Below are positions 1-12,202 of a DNA stretch of 64,000 nt, piece by piece. Each line of letters starts with the position of its first letter. Position 1 is the first letter of the stretch. This DNA comes from an uncultured Actinomycetota bacterium (GTDB lineage: Bacteria; Actinomycetota; Actinomycetes; Propionibacteriales; Nocardioidaceae): NCBI GenBank assembly GCA_963781605.1, contig CAWAGO010000007.1:70597-134596 (forward strand), in the 5' to 3' direction. The translations under genes were made by a program, and so were the position numbers. The notes under the pieces were generated by a model that had not been told where the DNA came from, did not search any database, and worked only from the letters and a program-made list of their open reading frames with translations.

Positions 1-50
1 GAAGCGGTCTCAAACACCGTCCAGTGTGGGTTCGAATCCCACCCGGGGCA
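1..50 (+). tRNA. tRNA-Leu(CAA), 5' end truncated by the window edge; CCA not encoded
   Basis: Anticodon stem GCGGT/ACCGT around loop CTCAAAC (CAA at 11-13), 5-nt variable region, T-arm GTGGG-TTCGAAT-CCCAC, acceptor 3' strand CCGGGGC plus discriminator A50. Confidence 0.9.
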
Positions 51-51
51 C

Positions 52-1506
52 TCAGCGACTTTGACGGCGGTAGGCCGGGGTCACTTCATTGATGGCGTCG
101 CCCATGCGGTGGATGCGCAGCGCGTTGGTGGAACCGGGAATGCCGGGCGGGCTGCCGGCGATGATGACGACCAGGTCGCCCTGCTCGATCCGGCCGATCT
201 CCAGGAGCGCCTCGTCGACCTGGCGCACCATCTCGTCGGTGTGCTCGGCAGCGACGGTCTTGAAAGTCTCCACCCCCCAGGTCATGGCCAATTGCGACCG
301 AGTCGCGCTGTTGGGAGTGAACGCCAGGATCGGGATCGGGCCGCGATAGCGCGCCAGACGGCGGGCGGAATCGCCGCTCGACGTGAACGCGACGAGGAAC
401 TTGGCTCCCACTCGAGCGCCCACTTCGGCGGCCGCCTTGGCGATCACGCCACCCCGGGTCGCGGGGTTCCATTCGATGGCGGCTTGCCGGTCGGTGCCGT
501 GTCGCTCGGTGGAGGTGATGATCCGGGCCATGGTCTGCACCGTCTCGATGGGGTACTTCCCGACGCTGGTCTCCCCGGAGAGCATCACCGCGTCGGCACC
601 GTCGAGCACGGCATTCGCGACGTCGGAAGCCTCCGCGCGCGTGGGCGCCGGATTGTCGATCATCGACTCGAGCATCTGCGTCGCCACGATCACCGGCTTG
701 GCGTTGCGGCGGGCCAGCTCGATGATCCGCTTCTGGTGCACCGGCACGTCCTCGAGGGGACACTCCACCCCGAGGTCGCCACGGGCCACCATGATGCCGT
801 CGAAGGCACGCACGATCTCGACCATGTTCTTGAGCGCCTGCGGCTTCTCGATCTTGGCGATGACCGGGAGGTGAACACCCTCTTCGTCCATGATCGCTCG
901 CACGTCGTCGACGTCGGTCGCGCTGCGGACGAAGCTCAGCGCGATGAAGTCGACCGTCTGTCGCAGCGCCCAGCGCAGATCGGCCTTGTCCTTCTTCGAC
1001 AACGCGGGCACCGACACCGCGACGCCGGGCAGGTTGATGCCCTTGTGGTCGCTCAACCGTCCCCCCACCACGACGCGGGTGTGGACGTCATCGCCGTCGA
1101 CCTCGGTCACCTCCAGACGCACTTTGCCGTCGTCGATGAGGATCGGGTCGCCGACCGCGACATCGCCGGCCAGACCGGCGTACGTCGTTCCACAGATCCG
1201 CTGGTCACCCTCGACCGCGCGCGCCGTGATCGTGAACTCGTCATCGGGAGCGACCTGAACCGGTCCATCGGCGAAGGTCTCCAGGCGGATCTTCGGGCCC
1301 TGCAGGTCGGCGAAGATCCCGACCCCGTGGCCGGTTGCGTCCGAGGCCTCGCGAACCAGGCGATAGGCCCGTTCGTGGTCCTCATAGGAGCCGTGACTCA
1401 TATTGAGCCGGGCGACGTCCATCCCGACATCCACCAACTGGCGCACCGCTGCGGGGCTGCTCACGGCGGGACCCAGGGTGCAGACAATCTTCGCTCTACG
1501 CATCAT
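52..1506 (-). CDS. pyk: Pyruvate kinase (probable leaderless start at ATG 1503)
   Basis: RRAKIVCTLGP, ARLNMSHGS, IMVARGDLGVE, ATQMLESM motifs; TAGGCT -10 element 6 nt before ATG 1503. Confidence 0.98.
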   Translation of the reverse strand: MMRRAKIVCTLGPAVSSPAAVRQLVDVGMDVARLNMSHGSYEDHERAYRLVREASDATGHGVGIFADLQGPKIRLETFADGPVQVAPDDEFTITARAVEGDQRICGTTYAGLAGDVAVGDPILIDDGKVRLEVTEVDGDDVHTRVVVGGRLSDHKGINLPGVAVSVPALSKKDKADLRWALRQTVDFIALSFVRSATDVDDVRAIMDEEGVHLPVIAKIEKPQALKNMVEIVRAFDGIMVARGDLGVECPLEDVPVHQKRIIELARRNAKPVIVATQMLESMIDNPAPTRAEASDVANAVLDGADAVMLSGETSVGKYPIETVQTMARIITSTERHGTDRQAAIEWNPATRGGVIAKAAAEVGARVGAKFLVAFTSSGDSARRLARYRGPIPILAFTPNSATRSQLAMTWGVETFKTVAAEHTDEMVRQVDEALLEIGRIEQGDLVVIIAGSPPGIPGSTNALRIHRMGDAINEVTPAYRRQSR

Positions 1507-1559
1507 CCGAGCCTACGGCGGTTTTATCGTTCCAACCAAAAATCCGTCGAGAAAGCATT

Positions 1560-3026
1560 TCAGACGGTGAGCGGCCGGGCCGTCGGCGGGATCGGGGACG
1601 GCAACGCCGTCGACCCCGTGAGGTAGGTGTCCACGGCCGCGGCAGCAGCGCGTCCCTCCGCGATCGCCCAGACGATCAGCGACTGACCGCGCCCGGCGTC
1701 ACCGGCGACGAACACGCCGTCGACCGAGGTGGCGTACGCGTCGTCACGGGCGATGTTGCCGCGCGCGTCGAGGTCGACTCCGAGCTGGTCGACCAAACCG
1801 TCCCGCTCGGGGCCGGTGAAACCCATCGCGAACAACACCAGGTCGGCGGGGATGTCCCGCTCGCTGCCCTCGATCTCGGCGAAGCCTCCGTCGCGGAACT
1901 CGACGTCGACCAGCCGCAGGGCCCGTACCTGGCCCTCGTCGTTACCCACGAATTCCTTGGTGGACACCGAATAGACGCGATCCCCCGCCTCCTCGTGCGC
2001 GGAACTCACGCGGAACGTCATCGGGTACGTCGGCCACGGCTGTCCGGCCGGGCGGTCGTGCGGAGGCTCGGGCAGGATCTCGAGTTGGGTGATGCTGGCG
2101 GCGCCATGACGGGTCGACGTGCCCAGGCAGTCGGCGCCGGTGTCGCCACCGCCGATGATCACGACGTGCTTTCCGGCGGCTGAGATCTGGTTGTCCACCG
2201 CGTCACCCAGGGCAGAACGGTTGGACTGCGGCAGGAACTCCATCGCTTGGTGCACGCCATCGAGCTCACGACCCGGGACCGCGAGGTCGCGCGGCACCGT
2301 CGAGCCGATCGCCAACACCACAGCGTCGTACCGGTCGCGCAGCGTCGCGGCGCCGAGGTCGGCACCCACGTCCACGCCCGCTCGGAACACGGTGCCCTCT
2401 TTGCGCATCTGGGTCAGCCGGCGGTCGAGATGCTTCTTCTCCATCTTGAACTCGGGGATGCCGTAGCGCAGCAACCCCCCGATCTTGTCGGCTCGCTCGT
2501 AGACCGCCACCGTGTGGCCCGAGCGGGTGAGTTGCTGGGCGGCGGCGAGTCCGGCCGGCCCAGAGCCGATCACGGCCACCGTCTTGCCAGAGAGCCATTC
2601 GGGAGGTTGCGGCCGCACGTAGCCCGACTCCCAGGCTCGGTCGATGATCGCCACCTCGACGTTCTTGATGGTGACCGGATCCTGGTTGATCCCCAGCACA
2701 CAGGCCGTCTCGCACGGCGCCGGGCAGAGTCGCCCGGTGAACTCCGGGAAGTTGTTCGTGGCATGCAGGCGATCCATCGCGCCGTCCCAGTCGCCACGCC
2801 AGACGAGGTCGTTCCACTCCGGGATGATGTTGCCCAGCGGGCACCCCTGATGGCAGAACGGGATACCGCAGTCCATACAGCGCCCGGCCTGGGTGTTGAT
2901 GATCGGGAGCAGCGCGCGGCCCACCCCATCGGGGTAGACCTCGTGCCAGTCCTGGACGCGCTCGTCGACGGGGCGTCGAGCAGCGACCTCGCGTCCGTGG
3001 GTCAGGAATCCTCGGGGGTCAGCCAT
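1560..3026 (-). CDS. gltD: Glutamate synthase small subunit
   Basis: [18 protein letters not shown] Fe-S motif, [31 protein letters not shown]; overlaps the gltB stop. Confidence 0.98.
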   Translation of the reverse strand: MADPRGFLTHGREVAARRPVDERVQDWHEVYPDGVGRALLPIINTQAGRCMDCGIPFCHQGCPLGNIIPEWNDLVWRGDWDGAMDRLHATNNFPEFTGRLCPAPCETACVLGINQDPVTIKNVEVAIIDRAWESGYVRPQPPEWLSGKTVAVIGSGPAGLAAAQQLTRSGHTVAVYERADKIGGLLRYGIPEFKMEKKHLDRRLTQMRKEGTVFRAGVDVGADLGAATLRDRYDAVVLAIGSTVPRDLAVPGRELDGVHQAMEFLPQSNRSALGDAVDNQISAAGKHVVIIGGGDTGADCLGTSTRHGAASITQLEILPEPPHDRPAGQPWPTYPMTFRVSSAHEEAGDRVYSVSTKEFVGNDEGQVRALRLVDVEFRDGGFAEIEGSERDIPADLVLFAMGFTGPERDGLVDQLGVDLDARGNIARDDAYATSVDGVFVAGDAGRGQSLIVWAIAEGRAAAAAVDTYLTGSTALPSPIPPTARPLTV

Positions 3027-6000
3027 GAAGCACCTCCATGATCCGGGCGGCGGCTTGGTCCTCGGTCAGCCCCTCCGCCAAGGCAGCGGCGCGGGCCTCG
3101 AGGACGCGTCGGTAGTCACGCGGCATCACCAGACTGAATCTGCGCACGTTGGTCGGCCAGTCGGCGAGCAGGGCCTCGGCGACCGTTGAACCGGTCTCTT
3201 CCTGGTGTCGGGTCACCAGTTCCTTCAGCTCCTCGGCGGCGTCGCCTTCGACGGCGTCGAGGTCGACGAGCTCGCGGTTGACCAGCGTCTGGTCGATATC
3301 GAGCACGAACGCCACACCGCCCGACATGCCGGCCGCCAGGTTGCGCCCGGTCGGACCCAGGATGACCACCCGGCCCCCGGTCATGTATTCACACCCGTGG
3401 TCCCCGACGCCCTCGACGACCGCAGTTGCACCGGAGTTGCGCACGCAGAACCGCTCGCCGACCTGGCCACGGAGGAAGATCTCCCCCGACGTCGCGCCAT
3501 AGCCGATGACATTGCCGGCGATGATGTGCTCCTCCGCAGCGAAGCCCGCCGAACGGTCGGGTCGCACGACGACCCGTCCCCCGGACAGCCCCTTGGCCAC
3601 GTAGTCGTTGGCATCTCCGTCGAGTCGGAGGGTGATGCCACGCGGCACGAAGGCTCCGAAGGACTGCCCCGCCGACCCGGTGAAGGTCACGTCGATGGTG
3701 CCGTCGGGCAGGCCCTCGCCCCGATAGCGCTTGGTGACCTCATGCCCCAGCATCGTGCCGACCGTGCGGTTGACGTTGCGCACCGTGAGCTGGGCCCGCA
3801 CCGGTTCCCCGCGCTCGAGCGCAGGGGCGGACAGCGTGATCAACTCGTGGTCGAGTGCTCGGTCAAGACCGTGATCCTGCTCGTGGGTGCAGTACAGGTC
3901 CTGGTCGGCGAACTGGGCCGGAACGTCGGGCCGGTGCAGAATCGGCGCCAAGTCGAGCCCGGAGGCCTTCCAGTAGTCGACCGCGTCGGCCACGTCGAGG
4001 GCTTCGACGCGCCCGATAGCCTCCTCCAACGTGCGGAAGCCGAGCTCCGCAAGGAGTTCACGCACCTCCTGGGCGATGTACTCGAAGAAAGTGACCACGA
4101 ACTCCGGCTTGCCCGAGAACCGCTCGCGCAGCACCGGGTTCTGGGTCGCAACGCCGACGGGGCAGGTGTCGAGGTGACACACCCGCATCATGATGCAGCC
4201 GGACACCACCAAAGGCGCGGTGGCGAAGCCGAACTCCTCAGCACCCAGCAGCGCCGCAATGACGACGTCGCGCCCGGTTTTGAGCTGTCCGTCGGTCTGG
4301 ACCACGATCCGATCCCTCAGGCCGTTGAGCAGCAAGGTCTGCTGGGTCTCCGCGAGACCCAGCTCCCAAGGGCCGCCCGCATGCTTGAGCGAGGTCAGCG
4401 GTGACGCGCCCGTGCCGCCGTCATGGCCGGAGATGAGCACCACGTCGGCGTGCGCCTTGGACACGCCGGCAGCGACCGTTCCAACTCCGACCTCCGAGAC
4501 CAGTTTCACGTGCACCCGTGCCGAGGGGTTGGAGTTCTTGAGGTCGTGGATCAGCTGGGCGAGGTCCTCGATGGAGTAGATGTCGTGGTGCGGAGGCGGG
4601 CTGATCAGCCCGACCCCCGGCGTCGAGTGCCGGGTCTTGGCCACCCAGGGATAGACCTTGTTGCCGGGCAGTTGCCCGCCCTCGCCGGGCTTGGCCCCCT
4701 GAGCCATCTTGATCTGGATGTCGTCGGCGTTGGTGAGGTATTCCGACGTCACGCCGAAGCGACCGGAGGCGACCTGCTTGATCGAGCTGCGGCGCTCGGG
4801 GTCGTGCAGGCGGTCGGCGTCCTCGCCGCCCTCGCCGGTGTTCGACTTGGCGCCCAACCGGTTCATTGCGATGGCGAGTGTTTCGTGGGCCTCACCGCTG
4901 ATCGACCCGTAGGACATCGCGCCTGTGGAGAACCGCTTGACGATCTCGCTGATCGGCTCGACCTCGTCGATGTCGATGGGAGCTCGGCCGGTCGCCTCGC
5001 CGTCGCGGAAGCGGAACAACCCACGCAGGGTCATCAGCCGCGACGACTGGTCATCGACGCGCGCGGTGTACTGCTTGAAGATGTCGTAGCGCTGGGTGCG
5101 GGTCGAGTGCTGGAGTCGGAACACCGTCTCCGGGTCGAACAGGTGCGGTTCGCCGTCGCGACGCCACTGATACTCCCCACCGATGGTGAGTTCGCGGTGG
5201 CCAGGCGAGATGCCGCCACGCGGATAGGCCAGGGCGTGCCGACGAGCGACCTCCTCCGCGATGACGTCGAGACCGATCCCGCCCAGTTTGGAGGTGGTGC
5301 CGGTGAAGTAGCGGTCGACCACGCTCTGCGACAACCCGAGCGCTTCGAAGATCTGGGCACCGGTGTAGGACGCGACCGTGGAGACCCCCATCTTCGACAT
5401 CACTTTGAGCACCCCCTTGCCCAACGCCTTGATCAGGTTGGCGACCGCCTGCTCCTCCTCGACCGTGACGTAGTAGCCGTCGCGGGCCAGGTCCTCGACC
5501 GTCTCCATGGCGAGATAGGGGTTGACCGCGGCCGCTCCGAAGCCGATCAGGAGAGCGACGTGGTGAACTTCGCGGACGTCACCGGCCTCGATCAGCAGGC
5601 CGACCTGGGTGCGGGTCTTCTCCCGCACCAGGTGGTGGTGCACCGCGCCGGTCAGCAGCAGCGACGGGATCGGTGCCAGCTCGGCGGTCGAGTGGCGATC
5701 GGACAGCACGATCACTCTCGCGCCCTCGGCGATCGCGCGCGACACCTCTGCGCAGATCTCGTCGAGCCGTGCCTCCATCGCCGCGCCGCCGCCGCCGACG
5801 TCGTACAGACCGCGTGAGACGTGGGTGATGAAGCCGGGCATGTCGCCGTCGCGGTTGATATGCCGGACCTTGGCGAGGTCGTCGTTGGAGATCACCGGGA
5901 AGGGCAAGACCACCTGACGACACGAGGCTGGGGTCGGCTCCAGAAGGTTGGCCTCGGGGCCGATCGAGCCATAGAGCGAGGTGACCAGTTCTTCGCGAAT

Positions 6001-7572
6001 CGCGTCGAGGGGTGGGTTGGTCACCTGGGCGAACAGTTGAGCGAAGTAGTCGAAGAGCAGTCGCGGCTTCTCCGACAACGCCGCGATCGGGCTGTCGGTG
6101 CCCATCGATCCGAGCGGCTCGCCACCGGTGTTGCCCATCGGGCTCAGGATGACGCGCAGTTCCTCCTCCGTGTAGCCGAACACCTGCTGGCGTCGGGTCA
6201 CCGAGGCGTGGGTGTGCACGATGTGCTCGCGTTCGGGGATGTCGGCCAGGTTGACCAGCCCGGCGTGCAACCACTCCGCATAGGGGCGCTCGGCCGCCAA
6301 CTCGCTCTTGATCTCGGAGTCTTCGATGATCCGGTGTTCCTCGGTGTCGACCAGGAACATCCGGCCGGGCTGCAGACGGCCCTTGCGGACGATCCGGGCT
6401 GGGTCCAGGTCGAGAACGCCGACCTCGGATGCCAGGACGACGAGCCCGTCGTCGGTGACCCAGTAGCGCGACGGCCGCAGGCCGTTCCGGTCGAGCACTG
6501 CGCCGATCTGTGAGCCGTCGGTGAACACCACGCACGCGGGGCCGTCCCAGGGCTCCATCACGGTGGAGTGGAACTTATAGAACGCCCGTCGAGCGTCGTC
6601 CATCGCGGCGTTGTTCTCCCACGCCTCGGGGATCATCATCAAGACCGAGTGCGGCAGGCTGCGCCCGCCGAGGTGGAGCAGCTCCAAGACCTCGTCGAAA
6701 GAGGCCGAGTCCGAGGCACCGGGCGTGCAGATCGGATAGAGCCGCTCGAGATCGCCGGGGATCAGGTCCGATTCCAGGAGTGCCTCGCGGGCGCGCATCC
6801 AGTTGCGGTTGCCCATGACCGTATTGATCTCGCCGTTGTGGGCGATGAACCGGAACGGATGCGAAAGCGGCCAACTCGGGAAGGTGTTGGTGGAGAAGCG
6901 GGAGTGGACGACCGCCAACGCCGACGCGATCCGCTGGTCGACCAGGTCGGGGAAGAAGTGATCGAGCTGGTTGGTGGTGAGCATCCCTTTGTAGACCAGC
7001 GTCCGGGAGGAGAACGACGGGAAGTAGACGTCCGTCTCCTTCTCGGCGCGCTTGCGCAGGCAGAAGGCACTTCGCTCCAGAGCCATCCCTGCCATCCGCT
7101 GGGTGGCCCCACCCACGAAGAGCTGCACGAAGGCCGGCATCACCCCTCGGGCCGTCGCGCCGAGGACGTCCGGAACGGTGGGCACCTCGCGCCAGCCCAG
7201 GACGGCCAGGCCCTCTTCCGCAGCAAGTTCTTCGATCCGCTGACGGCTCTTGGCCACCTGCTCAGCGTCGCCCGGCAGGAGAGCCGTGCCCATGGCGTAG
7301 GAGCCCTGCGACGGCAGCTCGAAGTCGACCACCTCGCGGAGGAAGGCATCGGGGATGGCCATCAGGATCCCGGCACCGTCACCGGAGTTGGGCTCGGCAC
7401 CGGCTGCGCCGCGGTGATCCAGGTTGCGCAGCGCGGTGAGCGCCTGCGCGACGATGTCGTGGCTGGCGACCCCCGTCAGAGTGGCCACGAAGGCGACGCC
7501 GCAAGCGTCGTGTTCGTGGCGGGGGTCGTAGAGGCCCTGAGCTGCGGGCGGCGGGAATGCGTGCACGGGCAT
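3019..7572 (-). CDS. gltB: Glutamate synthase large subunit (start ATG 7572 or GTG 7566)
   Basis: [10 protein letters not shown]-terminal nucleophile, [32 protein letters not shown] 3Fe-4S motif; GGGAGA SD upstream. Confidence 0.98.
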   Translation of the reverse strand: MPVHAFPPPAAQGLYDPRHEHDACGVAFVATLTGVASHDIVAQALTALRNLDHRGAAGAEPNSGDGAGILMAIPDAFLREVVDFELPSQGSYAMGTALLPGDAEQVAKSRQRIEELAAEEGLAVLGWREVPTVPDVLGATARGVMPAFVQLFVGGATQRMAGMALERSAFCLRKRAEKETDVYFPSFSSRTLVYKGMLTTNQLDHFFPDLVDQRIASALAVVHSRFSTNTFPSWPLSHPFRFIAHNGEINTVMGNRNWMRAREALLESDLIPGDLERLYPICTPGASDSASFDEVLELLHLGGRSLPHSVLMMIPEAWENNAAMDDARRAFYKFHSTVMEPWDGPACVVFTDGSQIGAVLDRNGLRPSRYWVTDDGLVVLASEVGVLDLDPARIVRKGRLQPGRMFLVDTEEHRIIEDSEIKSELAAERPYAEWLHAGLVNLADIPEREHIVHTHASVTRRQQVFGYTEEELRVILSPMGNTGGEPLGSMGTDSPIAALSEKPRLLFDYFAQLFAQVTNPPLDAIREELVTSLYGSIGPEANLLEPTPASCRQVVLPFPVISNDDLAKVRHINRDGDMPGFITHVSRGLYDVGGGGAAMEARLDEICAEVSRAIAEGARVIVLSDRHSTAELAPIPSLLLTGAVHHHLVREKTRTQVGLLIEAGDVREVHHVALLIGFGAAAVNPYLAMETVEDLARDGYYVTVEEEQAVANLIKALGKGVLKVMSKMGVSTVASYTGAQIFEALGLSQSVVDRYFTGTTSKLGGIGLDVIAEEVARRHALAYPRGGISPGHRELTIGGEYQWRRDGEPHLFDPETVFRLQHSTRTQRYDIFKQYTARVDDQSSRLMTLRGLFRFRDGEATGRAPIDIDEVEPISEIVKRFSTGAMSYGSISGEAHETLAIAMNRLGAKSNTGEGGEDADRLHDPERRSSIKQVASGRFGVTSEYLTNADDIQIKMAQGAKPGEGGQLPGNKVYPWVAKTRHSTPGVGLISPPPHHDIYSIEDLAQLIHDLKNSNPSARVHVKLVSEVGVGTVAAGVSKAHADVVLISGHDGGTGASPLTSLKHAGGPWELGLAETQQTLLLNGLRDRIVVQTDGQLKTGRDVVIAALLGAEEFGFATAPLVVSGCIMMRVCHLDTCPVGVATQNPVLRERFSGKPEFVVTFFEYIAQEVRELLAELGFRTLEEAIGRVEALDVADAVDYWKASGLDLAPILHRPDVPAQFADQDLYCTHEQDHGLDRALDHELITLSAPALERGEPVRAQLTVRNVNRTVGTMLGHEVTKRYRGEGLPDGTIDVTFTGSAGQSFGAFVPRGITLRLDGDANDYVAKGLSGGRVVVRPDRSAGFAAEEHIIAGNVIGYGATSGEIFLRGQVGERFCVRNSGATAVVEGVGDHGCEYMTGGRVVILGPTGRNLAAGMSGGVAFVLDIDQTLVNRELVDLDAVEGDAAEELKELVTRHQEETGSTVAEALLADWPTNVRRFSLVMPRDYRRVLEARAAALAEGLTEDQAAARIMEVLHG

Positions 7573-7723
7573 TCTCCCGTCGTCTCGGCGCCCGGCGGCG
7601 GGCCGGGCGGTGGTGAGCTGGATCGAACACATGACGCTGGGACGACGTTGGCCCATGGACGCGTTTGCAGGCTATCACCCACCGGATCGGCCCCGCCGGG
7701 CTCGAGTCAGTGGCGAGACGGTG

Positions 7724-8635
7724 TCAGTGACAACGACGGCGCCCCTTGTCGAGGGTCTCGCCGTCGATGCTCTTGAACTTCCATCGAAACGACGACGGCC
7801 GGAGCTTGAGCAGCAGCACGCCGAACTCCTTGTTCTGAACGTAGGCAGACCCGGCGCGTTTCTTGAAGCCGTAGTGCGACGCACCTCCGGCGCCGGACAC
7901 GAAGGAGGTGATGCCTCGGGCACGGTCGACGCGACCGTAGGCGCGCATCGGCCGGAACCTCTCGTAGAGGTGGTCATGACCGGACAGCGCCACGTCGACG
8001 CCATGTTTCATCGCGACCTTCCACGCTTTCGCCATGACCGGGTTGTCGCCGTGCAGCCCGCTTGAGTAGCGAGGATGGTGAAAAGCGATCAGCGAACAGC
8101 GGGTCGGGTGCTTGGTCAGGGATCGATTGAGCCACTTCCGCTGGGCGGCACAGTTGGCGACGGTGCAGTTGCTGTCGAGGCGATAGATCCGCCAAGCGCC
8201 GACCCGCGAGGCGCCATAGGTGCGCCCGGAGATCCCGAAGTACTGCTTGAAGCCGGCGGCTCCGGATGTGCCGTACTCGTGATTGCCCACGACCGGCAAG
8301 GTGATGTCGCGAAGGGCGCCCCAACTCTTGTCGTACGACGCCCGGAAGTCGGCCAGCGAGCCGGCCGGATACTGCAAGTCACCGAGTGCAAGGACCGCGT
8401 CGGGCGACAGGCTCCGCACCAACCTGGCCGTCGCGGCCTGCTGGCAGGCGTTGCTGGTCACGGCCGACCCCGGCTCGCAGGCGATGTCGCCGGCAGAGAC
8501 CAGTCGGGCGCGGTTGGCCGGCGCGGCCAGGTCGGAGGAGCCCGCGGAGGAGTCGATCCCCGCACCTCCCCCACAGCCGGTGAGGATCAGCGAACAGAGG
8601 ATCGTCGTTGCAGCAATCCGGGGGGCCGTTCTCAT
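7724..8635 (-). CDS. Calcineurin-like metallophosphoesterase (purple acid phosphatase-like), predicted lipoprotein
   Basis: GDIA, LGDLQY, VVGNHEY, FHHP, GHDHLY motifs; N-terminal signal with lipobox LTGC; ATGA overlap with the lgt stop. Confidence 0.9.
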   Translation of the reverse strand: MRTAPRIAATTILCSLILTGCGGGAGIDSSAGSSDLAAPANRARLVSAGDIACEPGSAVTSNACQQAATARLVRSLSPDAVLALGDLQYPAGSLADFRASYDKSWGALRDITLPVVGNHEYGTSGAAGFKQYFGISGRTYGASRVGAWRIYRLDSNCTVANCAAQRKWLNRSLTKHPTRCSLIAFHHPRYSSGLHGDNPVMAKAWKVAMKHGVDVALSGHDHLYERFRPMRAYGRVDRARGITSFVSGAGGASHYGFKKRAGSAYVQNKEFGVLLLKLRPSSFRWKFKSIDGETLDKGRRRCH

Positions 8636-9519
8636 GCCAACTCCTCGGCCGGTCGTCGATCATCGTAGACCACTTCTTCGCGGCCAGGCCGGAACTTCGT
8701 GGCCCAGGCGAAGTACGCCGCCGCGAGCACGAACAAGACGATCGAGGTCCAGACGTTGAGTCGTAGGCCGAGGATGTCGTTCATCTGCACGGTGTCGATC
8801 CGCAGGTTCTCGATCCAGCCCCGTCCTGCTGTGTACGACATCACGTAGAGGGCCGCCACGCGCCCGTGCCCGAGTCGCAGGCGGCGGTCGAGCAGGATCA
8901 CGAAGGCGAAGGCCGCCAGGTTCCAGCCGAACTCGTAGAGGAAGGTGGGGTGGAAGGTGGCGAACTCGGCGTAGCCATCGGGCCGGTGGGCGGGATCGAT
9001 CTCCAGGGCCCATGCGACGTCGGTGGGACGACCGAACAGTTCCTGGTTGAACCAGTTGCCCCAACGGCCCAGCGCCTGCGCGACCAGGACCCCCGGCGCG
9101 ATCGCGTCGAGCATCGGCAGCAAGCGAATGCCGCGGCGTCGCGCACCGATCATCACGCCGACAGCTCCGAGCGCCACGGCCCCCCAAATACCGAGCCCGC
9201 CGCGCCAGATATACAGCGCGGAGATCGGATCGCGCCCCTCGCCGAAGTAGAGCTGATAGTCGGTGATGACGTGGTAGAGGCGTCCTCCGACCAGACCGAA
9301 AGGCACCGCCCAGAGCGCGATGTCGCCGACATCGCCGGCGGTGCCGCCGCGCGCCACCCAACGGCGTTCGCCCAGCCAGATGGCGACCAGGATGCCGGCG
9401 ATGATGCAGAGGGCATAACCCCGGATCGGCACCGGGCCCAGATACCAGATTCCCTGGCCGGGACTGGGAATCGATTGAGCCACGGCCTGAGCAACGGCCA
9501 GGGTGGGGGCGGCGAACAT
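8632..9519 (-). CDS. lgt: Prolipoprotein diacylglyceryl transferase
   Basis: GGRLYHVITD, IWRGGLGIWGAV, GRWGNWFNQELFGRPT, HPTFLYE. Confidence 0.97.
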   Translation of the reverse strand: MFAAPTLAVAQAVAQSIPSPGQGIWYLGPVPIRGYALCIIAGILVAIWLGERRWVARGGTAGDVGDIALWAVPFGLVGGRLYHVITDYQLYFGEGRDPISALYIWRGGLGIWGAVALGAVGVMIGARRRGIRLLPMLDAIAPGVLVAQALGRWGNWFNQELFGRPTDVAWALEIDPAHRPDGYAEFATFHPTFLYEFGWNLAAFAFVILLDRRLRLGHGRVAALYVMSYTAGRGWIENLRIDTVQMNDILGLRLNVWTSIVLFVLAAAYFAWATKFRPGREEVVYDDRRPAEELA

Positions 9520-9553
9520 GTGGGTGCGAGGTCCTCTCGGATGGTGTGGTGCC

Positions 9554-10183
9554 TCAGGAGCTCAGCAACACACCGATGTCTTCGGCGAAATCGGCGGCCG
9601 AGGTTCCCTCGGTCCACACCACTGTCCCTCGACCGCGGTCATCGATGCCAATCACCGGTGTGCTGTGGTCTACTTCGTAGCCGCCTCCGGTCAGCTTCTC
9701 ACCCTCGGCGATGAAGATGCCGAAATCCTCGCCCGCCGCGACAATCTCGGAGAGGTCGCCGGTGAGCCCCACGAATTCGGGGTCGAACTGGTCGAGATAG
9801 GACCGCAAGGTCGCGGGGTCGTCGCGCGCTGGGTCGGTCGTGACCAGCACGACGCCCACTTGGGACGCTTGCTCCTCCGGCAATCGGTTCACGGCGGCAG
9901 CCAGCGACGCCATGATGATCGAGCACACGTCGGGGCAGTGGGTGTAGCCGAAGAAGAGCAGGGTGAGGGGCCGGTCGAGATCGTGGGCCAGCGAGAAGGC
10001 CGCGCCGTCGGTGTCGGTCAGGGCGAGATCGCTCACCGTGAAGGGGTTGCTCAACGCCGATCCGTGGAGCCCGCCGTTGCCGTTGCCGTCGGTGGGGGCG
10101 GTGGTGGTGCAGCCGCCGAACACCACCAGTGAGCAGGCGAGAAGAGTGGCCACCAGGAGTCGGCCTGGTCGCCGATCAGCCAC
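9554..10183 (-). CDS. SCO1/SenC copper chaperone family lipoprotein
   Basis: FFGYTHCPDVC (CxxxC), TTDPARD, YEVDHS; lipobox FGGC; likely GTG start 10183 overlapping the trpA end. Confidence 0.92.
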   Translation of the reverse strand: MADRRPGRLLVATLLACSLVVFGGCTTTAPTDGNGNGGLHGSALSNPFTVSDLALTDTDGAAFSLAHDLDRPLTLLFFGYTHCPDVCSIIMASLAAAVNRLPEEQASQVGVVLVTTDPARDDPATLRSYLDQFDPEFVGLTGDLSEIVAAGEDFGIFIAEGEKLTGGGYEVDHSTPVIGIDDRGRGTVVWTEGTSAADFAEDIGVLLSS

Positions 10184-10979
10184 GGCGTACCCCTTCGGCC
10201 AGATCACCGACCAGGGCAGCCAGAGCCCGCAAGCCCGCCGCCCGGTCCGCGCCGGCTTCCAGTAGCACTCGCACCAGCGCCGAGCCGACGATCACGCCGT
10301 CGGCGAAGCCGGCTACCTCGGCTGCCTGGTCGCCGGTGCTCACGCCGACGCCGACCCCGATCGGCAGGTCGGTCACGGCGCGCGTGCGCCGCACCAACGG
10401 CGCCGCGAGGTCGGATGTCGTGGCTCGGGCCCCGGTCACACCCATCACCGCGGTGGCGTAGACGAAGCCACGGCAGGCGGCCGCGGTCATCGCGAGCCGA
10501 TCGTCGGTCGAGGACGGTGCCACCAAGAAGATCTTGTCGAGCGCGTGTTCATCGGCTGCCGCGATCCAATCGGCGCCGCTGTCCGGGGTGAGGTCAGGGG
10601 TGATCAGCCCGGCCCCTCCCGCTGAGGCGAGGTCGGCTGCGAATCGGGCCACCCCGTAGCGGTCGATGGGGTTCCAGTAGGTCATCACCACCGCAGGGGC
10701 GCCCATGCTCGACACCGCCTCGACCGTGTGCAGGACGTCGCTGGTGCGGGTCCCGGCCTCCAACGCGACCTGGGCGGCCGCTTGGATCGTGGGGCCGTCC
10801 ATGACCGGATCGCTGTAGGGCAGGCCCACCTCGATGATGTCGCAGCCGGAATCGACGAGCACCTTGATGGCCTCGATCCCGCCCGCGACATCGGGGAATC
10901 CGGCCGGCAGATAGCCCACGAGCGCCCCGCGGCCCTCCTGCTTCGCCGCCGCGAAGGCGGTGGCGACCGTCGCGCTCAC
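10176..10979 (-). CDS. trpA: Tryptophan synthase alpha chain
   Basis: [33 protein letters not shown]; GTGA overlap with the trpB stop. Confidence 0.97.
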   Translation of the reverse strand: MSATVATAFAAAKQEGRGALVGYLPAGFPDVAGGIEAIKVLVDSGCDIIEVGLPYSDPVMDGPTIQAAAQVALEAGTRTSDVLHTVEAVSSMGAPAVVMTYWNPIDRYGVARFAADLASAGGAGLITPDLTPDSGADWIAAADEHALDKIFLVAPSSTDDRLAMTAAACRGFVYATAVMGVTGARATTSDLAAPLVRRTRAVTDLPIGVGVGVSTGDQAAEVAGFADGVIVGSALVRVLLEAGADRAAGLRALAALVGDLAEGVRRG

Positions 10980-12202
10980 TCCGCTTTCCCGTCGCCGGAC
11001 AGGCCGAACCAATCGATGGCGGTCTCCATGTCCTTGTCGCCACGACCGCTGAGATTGATCAGCACGGTCGCCTCCGGGCCGCGGTCCCGAGCGAGTTCGC
11101 GGGCCACGTCGAGAGCACCCGCGATCGCATGCGCAGACTCGATGGCAGGGATGATGCCCTCGGTGCGGCTGAGCAGTGCCATGGCGTCCATCGCTTGGGC
11201 GTCGGTGATGGCCCGATAGGTGGCCCGGCCGCTCGCCGCGAGGTGGGCGTGCTGCGGGCCGACACCCGGATAGTCCAGGCCGGCCGAAATGGAGTGGGAC
11301 TCCGACGTCTGGCCGTCGGCGTCTTGCAGGACGAAGGTCCGGGCTCCGTGCAGGATTCCACGTTCTCCCGCCACGATGGTCGCGGCGTGCCGCCCCGTGG
11401 ACACGCCGTCGCCCCCGGCCTCGAAGCCGTAGATCGCGATGTCGTCGTCGAGGAAAGCGGTGAACAACCCGATCGCGTTGGAACCGCCGCCGACGCAGGC
11501 GGCGATCGCGTCGGGCAATCTGCCGTAGGCGTCGAGGCACTGCTGCCGAGCCTCGTCACCGATGCCGCGGGTGAAGTCCCGCACCATGCTGGGAAATGGA
11601 TGGGGTCCGGCAGCGGTGCCGAAGAGGTAGGCCGTGTGGTCGACCGAGGCCACCCAGTCGCGCATCGCCTCGTTGATGGCGTCCTTGAGTGTGGCGCTGC
11701 CGGACGACACGGGCACCACTTCGGCGCCGAGCAGATTCATCCGAGCCACGTTGAGAGCCTGGCGTCGGGTGTCGACCTCGCCCATGTAAACCGTGCAGTC
11801 GAGGCCGAAGTAGGCGGCCGCGGTCGCGCTGGCCACGCCGTGCTGACCTGCGCCGGTCTCGGCGATCACCCGCTTCTTGCCCATCCGGACCGTCAGCAGC
11901 GCCTGACCCAGCACATTGCGGATCTTGTGAGCTCCGGTGTGGTTGAGGTCTTCGCGCTTGAGCAGGATGCGCGCGCCGACACGTTCGGACAGGCGGCGGG
12001 CTTCATAGAGTTGGCTCGGGATCCCCGCATAGTCATGGAGGACGTCGTGGAAGGACGCGACGAAGCCGGGGTCTGCCATCGCCTCACCCCACGCCGCGTC
12101 GAGTTCGTCGAGAGCTGCCACCAGCGCTTCGGGCATGAACCGACCACCGAAGTCGCCGAAATAGCCCCGCTCGTCGGCATCGAAGGATCCGGTCACGGTC
12201 AT
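10976..12202 (-). CDS. trpB: Tryptophan synthase beta chain
   Basis: [16 protein letters not shown] (PLP lysine), [28 protein letters not shown]. Confidence 0.98.
   Translation of the reverse strand: MTVTGSFDADERGYFGDFGGRFMPEALVAALDELDAAWGEAMADPGFVASFHDVLHDYAGIPSQLYEARRLSERVGARILLKREDLNHTGAHKIRNVLGQALLTVRMGKKRVIAETGAGQHGVASATAAAYFGLDCTVYMGEVDTRRQALNVARMNLLGAEVVPVSSGSATLKDAINEAMRDWVASVDHTAYLFGTAAGPHPFPSMVRDFTRGIGDEARQQCLDAYGRLPDAIAACVGGGSNAIGLFTAFLDDDIAIYGFEAGGDGVSTGRHAATIVAGERGILHGARTFVLQDADGQTSESHSISAGLDYPGVGPQHAHLAASGRATYRAITDAQAMDAMALLSRTEGIIPAIESAHAIAGALDVARELARDRGPEATVLINLSGRGDKDMETAIDWFGLSGDGKAE

Noticed and set aside
61-7776. Long plus-strand ORFs opposite pyk, gltD and gltB (e.g. 61..1626, 4423..5817, 6568..7776), and similar ones elsewhere such as 15079..17403 and 54266..56416
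   Set aside because: Antisense shadows of high-GC coding genes; no recognisable motifs and biased Arg/Gly/Asp composition
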